From an uncultured delta proteobacterium (lineage in GTDB: Bacteria; Myxococcota; Myxococcia; Myxococcales; Anaeromyxobacteraceae): a stretch of 64,000 bases of DNA. The stretch covers positions 448,001-512,000 of the forward strand of contig CAWFDF010000014.1 in NCBI GenBank assembly GCA_963814585.1, read 5' to 3'. The translations under genes and the position numbers were made by a program. This document shows positions 56,863-64,000 of this stretch, piece by piece; position 1 is the stretch's first letter, and the number at the start of each line of letters is the position of its first letter. A model generated the notes under the pieces. The model did not search any database, had not been told where the DNA came from, and was given only the letters and a program-made list of their open reading frames with translations.

Positions 56863-58677
56863 CTACTTCGGCTGCTCGGCGGTGCTCTTGACGTACAGGT
56901 CGCGCAGCTGCTTCGAGTCCACGTCGCCGGGGGCGCCGGTCATGAGATCCGTCCCCTTCTGCGTCTTGGGCCAGGCCACCACGTCGCGCAGCGACTCGGC
57001 GCCGGTGAGCAGCATCACCAGCCGGTCCATGCCCAGCGCGATGCCGCCGTGCGGCGGGGCGCCCATCTTGAGGGCGTCGAGCAGGAAGCCGAACTTGTTG
57101 CGCGCGTCCTCGTCGCTGATCCCCATGGCCTTGAAGACGCGGGCCTGCACCTCCGGGTCGTGCAGGCGGATGGAGCCGCCGCCGATCTCGAAGCCGTTGA
57201 GGACGCAGTCGTAGCGGTAGCAGTCCACCTTGCCCGGATCGGTCTCCAGGAACTGCAGGCACTCGTCGTGCGGCCGGGTGAAGGCGTGGTGGGCGGCGGC
57301 CCACTGCCCCGACTCCTCGTCGAACTCGAAGAGCGGCGGGTTGACCACCCAGAGGAAGCGCCAGGCGCCGCCCGAGCCGTACTCGGGGATGAGGCCGAGC
57401 CGCTTGCCGAGGTGGAGGCGGAGGTTGGCCATCACGGTCTGGACCACCGACTCCTTGCCGAACTGGAAGAGCAGCAGGTCGCCGGACGTGGCGGAGCAGG
57501 CGGCGTTGATGGCGGCGCGCAGGCCAGGCGTGATGGTCTTGGCGAAGGGCGACTGGGTCCACTCGCCGCCCTCACCGACCTTGGCGCGGGCCAGCCCCCT
57601 GGAGCCCATGCCCTTGACGAACTCCTCGAGCTTGTCGATCTCGGTGCGCGAGAGGTTGGCCGAGGCCGGGACCTTCATGGCCTTGACGATCCCCTTGGCG
57701 GCGACCGCCTCGGCCAGCAGCGGCACGCCGCCGCCGCCGTGCTCCCTCACCAGCGCGGTGAGCACCACGTGCTCCATGCCGAAGCGGAGATCGGGCTTGT
57801 CGTTGCCGTACCGGTCCATCGACTCGTAGAAGGGCATGCGCTGGAACGGGCGCGGGATCTCCACCCCGAGCACGTCCTTCCAGAGCGTGACGATCAGCCC
57901 CTCGATGACGTCGAAGACGTCGTCCTGCTTGACGAAGGACATCTCCACGTCGATCTGCGTGAACTCGGGCTGCCGGTCGACGCGCAGATCCTCGTCGCGG
58001 AAGCAGCGCACGATCTGGAAGTACCGGTCGAAGCCCGCGATCATGTAGAGCTGCTTGAAGAGCTGCGGGCTCTCGGCCAGCGCGTAGAACTTGCCGGGGT
58101 TGAGGCGCGACGGGACCAGGAAGTTGCGCGCCCCGCCCGGCGTGTACTTCACCATGAACGGGGTCTCGAGCTCGAGGAAGCCCTGGCCGGTGAAGTGGTT
58201 GCGGGTGAGGTGGTTGACCCGGGCCCGGGTCATCAGCGTCTTCTGCATGGGGGCCCGGCGCAGGTCGAGGAAGCGGTACTGCAGCCGCTTCTCCTCGGCG
58301 GTGTCGAGCTTGTCCTCGACCTGGAAGGGGAGCGGCTCGGAGCGGTTGAAGATCTCCAGCTCGCTGGCGTGGACCTCGATCTCGCCGGTCCTGAGCTTCG
58401 GGTTGACGTTGCCGCCCCGCGAGACCACCGTGCCGCGCACCCCCACGCAGTACTCGAGGCGGAGCTGGCCGGCCAGGTCGTGGACCTCGGGGCGAACGTC
58501 CTGCTCGAAGACCACCTGGGTCACGCCCTCGCGGTCGCGCAGGTCGATGAAGACCGCGCCGCCGTGGTCGCGCCGGTTGTTGACCCAGCCGTAGAGGATG
58601 ACCTCGGAGCCGACCTCGGCCTTGGTGAGCTGTCCACAGCTGTGCGTCCGCTTGAGGTCGGTGATGAAGCGCGCCAC
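56863..58677 (-). CDS. aspS: Aspartate--tRNA ligase (probably non-discriminating)
   Basis: RTH.CG, RRDHGG..F.DLRD, R..YR.LDLR, FRDEDLR.DRQPEFTQ.D.E, GAPPHGG.A.G.DR; His in RRDHG is typical of ND-AspRS. Confidence 0.97.
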   Translation of the reverse strand: MARFITDLKRTHSCGQLTKAEVGSEVILYGWVNNRRDHGGAVFIDLRDREGVTQVVFEQDVRPEVHDLAGQLRLEYCVGVRGTVVSRGGNVNPKLRTGEIEVHASELEIFNRSEPLPFQVEDKLDTAEEKRLQYRFLDLRRAPMQKTLMTRARVNHLTRNHFTGQGFLELETPFMVKYTPGGARNFLVPSRLNPGKFYALAESPQLFKQLYMIAGFDRYFQIVRCFRDEDLRVDRQPEFTQIDVEMSFVKQDDVFDVIEGLIVTLWKDVLGVEIPRPFQRMPFYESMDRYGNDKPDLRFGMEHVVLTALVREHGGGGVPLLAEAVAAKGIVKAMKVPASANLSRTEIDKLEEFVKGMGSRGLARAKVGEGGEWTQSPFAKTITPGLRAAINAACSATSGDLLLFQFGKESVVQTVMANLRLHLGKRLGLIPEYGSGGAWRFLWVVNPPLFEFDEESGQWAAAHHAFTRPHDECLQFLETDPGKVDCYRYDCVLNGFEIGGGSIRLHDPEVQARVFKAMGISDEDARNKFGFLLDALKMGAPPHGGIALGMDRLVMLLTGAESLRDVVAWPKTQKGTDLMTGAPGDVDSKQLRDLYVKSTAEQPK

Positions 58678-59013
58678 GAAGGGCCTCCCCGCTGCAAAGT
58701 TGGGGGGGCATCTCACACCGCGAGACGCTCGAGGTCAAGGAGGAGCGATGCTCGCCCCGGCGGCCAGCCCATCGACCCCCTGGACCAGGGCCTGCATGGC
58801 CTCCCAGACGACCTGGGCCTTCCAGCTCGTGGCGTCCTGGAAGAAGGCGCCGCGAAGCCGACGCTGGATCCGCGCGGCGGGCGCGGGGCGCCCCGGGGTG
58901 GTTGGCCAGCCCCGGCTCGGCGCCAGGGGGGCCGGCGGCAGCGGGCGCCTCGACCCGGCGGAGGTGAAGGCCGGCCGGCGATGTCACGCCGGCCGGCTCC
59001 CCCGTCCCTCACC

Positions 59014-61026
59014 TCACGGCATCACGCACCGATCCATCGGGGTGGGATCGCACTTCGAGGCGGTGCAGGAGCCCGAGATGCAGTCCGTGCCGAAGAGGCC
59101 CGGGTTGCACGCGGCGCCGTCGGCAACCTGAGCCTTGCAGATCGGGCTGGGCGCCAGGAAGTCGCAGTACCCCGTGAGACAGATGCCATCGGGGCAGGCC
59201 TCGCCGACCTTCGGCCAGGAGACGCACTTGCTGGTGCCCGAGTCACAGGCATAGCCAAGCCCGCAGACGCTGTCGTATGGCGAGGCGCCAGGGGTGCAGC
59301 TCCCGCCCAGGCCGACGTAGGCCTGGCAGGTGGCCGGGGTGCCCACGCAGGTGGTGAGTGCGTCGCAGTGGCTCGCGCTGGGGGAGCAGCTGCTCCCGGC
59401 CGGCAGGAGCGCCTTGCAGACCGAGACGTCGCACCAGAGGTTGTCCTGGCACGGGCAGGCGCCGCCCAGGCCCGACTGCACCTTGCAGACCGAGGCGTCG
59501 CAGACGAGCCCGTCGGCGCAGTCCGGGCCCTGGCAGGCCTGCCCCAACGTCTTGAAGGCCTGGCAGGTGCCCGGGCAGGTCCCGGTCGGCAAGTCCCAGG
59601 TGCAGAAGCCGGACGCGCAGGCCTCGCTGGAGTAGCAGGTCCCGCCGTTGGCGACGTTCCCGATCAGCGAGGCGTTGCAGACCGCCGGGACCGTGACGCC
59701 GCCCTCGGAGGAGATCGAGGAGCAGGTGAGGGCCTGGATGGCGCTCCCGCAGGCCGCGCCCTGGGTGGTGTCGTAGGTGATGTGCCCGGCGGTGATCTGC
59801 CGCTGCGCCTCGCCGCAGAAGGCCTGCTCGGGGCCCATGAAGGCCGCGATGAGGTCCGGGTTGTAGTGGAGGCAGGACGTCATCAGGCTGATCTGCGTGT
59901 CGAAGACGGAGTTGCAGATCGCCAGGAAGTCGGAGCCGCCTCCGGTGTCGATCACGTAGCTGGCCGAGCCCACCGCGCTGGTGGCGTAGCCGGCGGCGCT
60001 GGCGATGGCCTTGATGGTCATGGAGGCGGCCACCGGGATCGGCGCCGAGTAGACCGTGGAGGCCGTCGTCGGCGTGCTGCCGTTGGTCGTGTAGTGGATC
60101 GTCGCGCCCGGCGTGGTGGTGGCGATGACCACCGACTGGGCCGAGGTGAAGGTCCCGGCCCCCGGTGTGAAGGTGGGCGTGGCGGCCGCCGGCAGGTCGA
60201 TGACGTAGGCCGCGGTCGCCACCAGGCTGGCGGTGTGGCCGCCACCGATGGCGATGGCCCGGATGGTGAGGCTGGCGCCCACCGCGACGGGCGTCGAGTA
60301 GGCCGGGGAGGCCGTGGTCGGCGTGCTGCCGTCGGTCGTGTAGTGGATGGTGGCGCCGGCCGTGGTCGTGGAGAGGGTCACCGACTGCGCCGAGGCGTAG
60401 GTGCCGGCCGGCGGATTGAAGGTCGGCGCCGCCGCCGGCGTGGCGGCCGGGTCGATGACGAACGTGGAGGAGGCCACCGCGCTGTCGGCGAAGCCGGGGG
60501 CCAGGGCGATGGCCTTGACGGTGGTGGTGACCGTCGTGGCGCCGAGCGGGAGCGGGATGGCCGCGGTGTAGGTGAACGACGCCGCGGTCGGCGTCGTCCC
60601 GTCGGTCGTGTAGTGGATGGTCGCCCCGGGCGTGGCGCTGGTGATGGTCACGCTCTGCGCCGTGGCGTAGGTGCCGGCCGCCGGCGAGATCACCGGCGTC
60701 GCCGCCTGCAGCGTGTAGGTCGCGGAGGCCACGGCGCTGCTGGTCATGCCGGAGGCGGTGGCCATGGCCTTGATGGTGGTCGTGGTGGTGACGGAGATGG
60801 CGCTGGCGTAGGTGGGCGACGAGGACGTCGGCGTCGAGCCGTCGGTGGTGTAGTGGATGGCCGCGCCGGCCGTGGCGCTGGCCAGGCTCACGCTCTGGAC
60901 GGTATGGTAGGTGCCGGCCGCAGGCGAGAACGTCGGGGTCGCCACCGTGGTGACGACCGTCTCGCCGTTGCTCCCACCGCCGCAGGCGGCGAGCGTGAGG
61001 GCCGCGATCGCAACGAGCTTCCGCAT
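59014..61026 (-). CDS. Lipoprotein with four chitobiase/Fn3-associated-like repeats and a Cys-rich C-terminal region
   Basis: Lipobox LAAC; four P.F.P..GTY...Q.V......GA.IHYTT.G..PT repeats; 36 Cys counted in the last ~305 aa; GGAGGAGG SD. Confidence 0.88.
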   Translation of the reverse strand: MRKLVAIAALTLAACGGGSNGETVVTTVATPTFSPAAGTYHTVQSVSLASATAGAAIHYTTDGSTPTSSSPTYASAISVTTTTTIKAMATASGMTSSAVASATYTLQAATPVISPAAGTYATAQSVTITSATPGATIHYTTDGTTPTAASFTYTAAIPLPLGATTVTTTVKAIALAPGFADSAVASSTFVIDPAATPAAAPTFNPPAGTYASAQSVTLSTTTAGATIHYTTDGSTPTTASPAYSTPVAVGASLTIRAIAIGGGHTASLVATAAYVIDLPAAATPTFTPGAGTFTSAQSVVIATTTPGATIHYTTNGSTPTTASTVYSAPIPVAASMTIKAIASAAGYATSAVGSASYVIDTGGGSDFLAICNSVFDTQISLMTSCLHYNPDLIAAFMGPEQAFCGEAQRQITAGHITYDTTQGAACGSAIQALTCSSISSEGGVTVPAVCNASLIGNVANGGTCYSSEACASGFCTWDLPTGTCPGTCQAFKTLGQACQGPDCADGLVCDASVCKVQSGLGGACPCQDNLWCDVSVCKALLPAGSSCSPSASHCDALTTCVGTPATCQAYVGLGGSCTPGASPYDSVCGLGYACDSGTSKCVSWPKVGEACPDGICLTGYCDFLAPSPICKAQVADGAACNPGLFGTDCISGSCTASKCDPTPMDRCVMP
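59950..60945 (-). repeat. Four intragenic tandem repeats of about 240-260 nt
   Basis: Recurrent GTAGTGGAT (IHY) at about 60850, 60610, 60340 and 60091 with matching flanks. Confidence 0.85.
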
Positions 61027-61214
61027 GGGATCCTCCTCCGGAGATGGTGTGGGCGTCCGGGTGCCGAGCGGAAGTGTGCGCCCATTCCTCGTCACCGGAG
61101 GCGGCGAAGGACGTCTGGCCCCATCCGGACTCCCGCCTCCCTCTACCGGAAGGGGCGCCCCGGGAGGGCTCACGGCCATCAGGTCCTGGCGCGGGCTTGC
61201 CGGCCTTCCCCCGT

Positions 61215-62052
61215 CTACGGCCTGTCGTGGCGCGAGCGGGCTCGCACCTTCCTCTCCTGCAGCAGGTTGCCGCCGTCGACCACCACGGTGGCGCCGTTCA
61301 CGTAGCTGGCCCCCTCGGAGGCGAGGAAGGCGATGACCTCCGCCACCTCCTCGGGCCGTCCGGCCCGGCCCGGGGGCGTGGCGCGGCCGGCGCGGAGCTC
61401 GGCCGGCGTGCTGGCGGCGGTGGCGATCCAGCCCGGCGCGACGTCGTTGACGGTGATGCCGCCCCGCGCCAGCTCCAGCGCCAGGGTCCTGGTGAGGCCG
61501 CCGAGCGCCGCCTTGCCGGCGGCGTACGGGCTCTCGCCCGGGTTGGAGACCAGTGGCCCGGTCACCGAGGTGACGTTGACGATCCGACCCCCGCCGGCGC
61601 GGCCCCGCGCGCCGCCGCTGCGCCTCAGAGCGGGCAGCGCCGCCCGGATCACGTTCACCGCGGTGAGCAGGTTGGTGTCGAGCGAGGCGCGCCAGGCCTC
61701 GAGGGAGAGGGCGGCGAACGGCTTCACCACCTCCGGCGCCCCGACGCGCCCCATGCCGGCGTTGTTCACCAGCACGTCCAGCCGGCCGAAGCGCTCCAGG
61801 GCCAGGTCGACCACGGCGCGGGCGGAGCGGGGGTCGGACAGGTCCGCGACCACCCCGGCGGCTTCGGCCCCCTGGCCGGCCAGCGCCGCCACCCGGTCGT
61901 GGATGCGAGCCGTCGTCGAGGTGATCGACCACGGCCAGGCCGTGACGGGCCAGGAGCGAGGCGGCGGCGAAGCCGATGCCGTCGGCGCTGCCGGCTCCGG
62001 TGACGAGGGCGACGCGGCGAGGCGAGACGGGGCGGCGCTGGCGGATCGGCAT
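61215..62052 (-). CDS. SDR family oxidoreductase (FabG-like; frameshift near 61930)
   Basis: VALVTGAGS..GIG in one frame; LDVLVNNAG, GRIVNV.S, YAAGK, VN.VAPG.I, G....VDGG in the next. Confidence 0.88.
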
Positions 62053-62128
62053 GCGAGAGGATAGGCGGAACCGCTCCCGGTGCGGGCCGGATACTGGGGG
62101 TGCCGCGCCGGGGAGCCCCGGCCCGAGG

Positions 62129-63877
62129 TCACCCCGCCGCCCGCAGGTCCCTCAGCTTCAGCTGCAGCCGCCTGGTCCCGTCCCAGTCGTCGAAGCCGAC
62201 GGTGAAGGCCGCCTCGACCGGCCCCTGGCAGAGCCCGGCCCGGTCGCCCATGGAGAAGCCGATGGCGTCGAGCCCCTGGCCGAAGCTGAGCTTGAGGTGG
62301 GCCGCGCCGGCTCCGACGGTGCGCGCCTTCGACGGCCGGGACCGAAGGGCGAAGACCGGCTCGGGGTGGCCGGCGCCGAAGGGGCCGAGCCGCTCGAGAT
62401 CCTCGGCGGCGCGCGGCGTGAGATCGCCCTCCGCCACCCAGGCGTCGATGCGGCAGCGGGGGACCAGATCCTCGGCGGTGAGGGCCGCAGCGGCGTGGGT
62501 CTCGAAGGCCTCGCGAAAGGGAGCGATGGCCGAGGCGGCGATGGTGACACCGGCGGCGTGCCGGTGGCCTCCGAAGCGGAGGAGGTGGCCGCCGCAGGCC
62601 GCCAGCGCGTCGTAGAGGTGGAACCCCTCGATCGATCGGCCGCTCCCCTTCCCCTCCGCGCCGTCGAACCCGATGAGGACCGCCGGCCGGTGGAACCGCT
62701 CTGCCACCCGCGCCGCCACGATGCCGACCACGCCGGCATGCCAGCCGTCACGGGCCAGCACCAGCCCCCGGACGCCGCGCTTCACCGCGGCGGCCGCGTC
62801 GTCGAGCGCCTCGGCCAGCATGCGCCGCTCGATCTCCTGGCGTGCCTGGTTCTCGCGATCGAGCTCGTTCGCCAGCGCGGTGGCCTCGGCCTCGTCGAAG
62901 GTGGCGAGGAGCCGCACGCCGCGCCCGGCGTCGTCGAGCCGGCCGGCGGCGTTGATGCGGGGCCCGAGGCGGAAGCCGACCTGGCCGGCGCTCACCGGCC
63001 CTTCGGACACGCCGGCCACCCGCTTCAGGGCCCGCAGGCCGGGGCGGCGGGTGGTGGCGATCTCGGCGAGGCCGTGACGGACCAGGATCCGGTTGGCGCC
63101 GGTGAGCGGCACCACGTCGGCCACGGTGCCGAGGGCCACCAGATCGAGCGCGGCGCGCAGGTTGGGCTCGGGGCGCGCGGCGGTGAACCGGCCGGCCTCG
63201 CGCAGCGTCTTGCGGAGCGCCATGAGGAGGGTGAAGGTGACGCCGACCGCCGAGAGCTCCTTCGAGGGGTAGCCGCAGCCGGGCTGATGGGGATTGAGGA
63301 TGGCGACGGCGGCGGGGAGCTCCACCGGCACGGTGTGGTGGTCGACCACGACCGTCTCGACGCCGAGCGACGCGGCGGCGCGGACCTCCTCGACGCTGGT
63401 GATGCCGCAGTCGAGGCTCACCAGCAGCCTCACGCCCTGCGCCGCCAGCCTCTCGACGGCGCCGGTGTTGAGCCCGTACCCCTCGACCAGGCGGTGAGGC
63501 ACGTAGGTGACCACGTCGCCGCCGGCCGCGCGGAGGAACCCCGAGAGCAGGACGGTGGAGGTGACGCCGTCCACGTCGTAGTCGCCGTAGGCCGCGATCC
63601 GCTCGCCGCGCTCCAGCGCGGCCGCCAGGCGGGCCACCGCGGCCGGCATCCCCTTCATCGAGAATGGGTCGGGGAGGCCGGCCAGCGGCGCCTCGAGGAA
63701 GGCGCGGGCCGCGGCCGGATCGGCGTAGCCGCGCGAGGCGAGGACCCGGGCGGCCAGCGGGTGGAGCCCGAGGGCGCCGGCCAGCCCGGCCGCCCCCTCC
63801 CCGTCACCGCCCACCTCGATCCAGCGCTTCCCTGGCTGCTCGTCCACGGGGGGTTCCGTACCAGCCTCGTCTGACAC
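62129..63877 (-). CDS. recJ: Single-stranded DNA exonuclease RecJ
   Basis: GDYDVDG, P.R..EGYG, DCG, DHH, LGTVADVVPL, PRINAAGRL, GSGRS, GGH..AAG. Confidence 0.96.
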   Translation of the reverse strand: MSDEAGTEPPVDEQPGKRWIEVGGDGEGAAGLAGALGLHPLAARVLASRGYADPAAARAFLEAPLAGLPDPFSMKGMPAAVARLAAALERGERIAAYGDYDVDGVTSTVLLSGFLRAAGGDVVTYVPHRLVEGYGLNTGAVERLAAQGVRLLVSLDCGITSVEEVRAAASLGVETVVVDHHTVPVELPAAVAILNPHQPGCGYPSKELSAVGVTFTLLMALRKTLREAGRFTAARPEPNLRAALDLVALGTVADVVPLTGANRILVRHGLAEIATTRRPGLRALKRVAGVSEGPVSAGQVGFRLGPRINAAGRLDDAGRGVRLLATFDEAEATALANELDRENQARQEIERRMLAEALDDAAAAVKRGVRGLVLARDGWHAGVVGIVAARVAERFHRPAVLIGFDGAEGKGSGRSIEGFHLYDALAACGGHLLRFGGHRHAAGVTIAASAIAPFREAFETHAAAALTAEDLVPRCRIDAWVAEGDLTPRAAEDLERLGPFGAGHPEPVFALRSRPSKARTVGAGAAHLKLSFGQGLDAIGFSMGDRAGLCQGPVEAAFTVGFDDWDGTRRLQLKLRDLRAAG

Positions 63878-64000
63878 CCCGTTCGGGGGGCGCAGACCGG
63901 GAGCGCCGGGCCAGGCGTCCGGACCGCGGACTGTCCGGTCTCGGCGCGACCCCAGGATATCGGGAACCTAGGAGAAAAGGTCCGCGGCCGAGCCGGATGG

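Noticed and set aside
59950..60945. Tandem repeats considered as a CRISPR array or mobile repeat
   Set aside because: They are in-frame, degenerate protein-domain repeats; there are no identical repeats with unique spacers and no cas genes
61027..61214. Possible c-di-GMP or cGAMP riboswitch in the lipoprotein leader
   Set aside because: No GGCAAA...GAAA...GACGCAAA GEMM signature found on the minus strand
59014..62052. 1012-aa ORF fusing an SDR N-terminus to the lipoprotein
   Set aside because: Caused by the SDR frameshift; the lipoprotein has its own SD, ATG (61026) and lipobox

Overview
Very GC-rich bacterial chromosomal window. Gene content and order (ccsA-hemA-hemC-hemD, mreC-mreD-mrdA-rodA divergent from ppiD-maf, DUF507, addAB, aspS, recJ, a Cys-rich lipoprotein) point to a myxobacterium, most like Anaeromyxobacter; this is inference. 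It is mostly core genome: about 55 CDS for heme and thiamine synthesis, cell shape, DNA repair, an MCE/Mla-type ABC system, a MoxR/DUF58 cluster and anaerobic glycerol-3-phosphate oxidation. I saw no tRNA, rRNA, CRISPR array, integrase or transposase. At least eight genes carry single-base frameshifts, mostly in short G/C runs, best explained as long-read consensus errors. The most interesting signals are: (1) a nested, 11-bp-phased triple-box palindrome over the promoter of an SPFH plus ribbon-helix-helix operon; (2) a two-gene module with a lambda-O-like winged helix and no prophage around it; (3) many -10 boxes 5-8 nt before start codons, suggesting leaderless mRNAs; (4) glpAB with a miniature Fe-S third subunit and a lipid kinase; (5) AddAB with 4-Cys staples in both nuclease domains; (6) LysW-like and Cse60-like small proteins. 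All family assignments come from motif recognition by eye; no searches were run.
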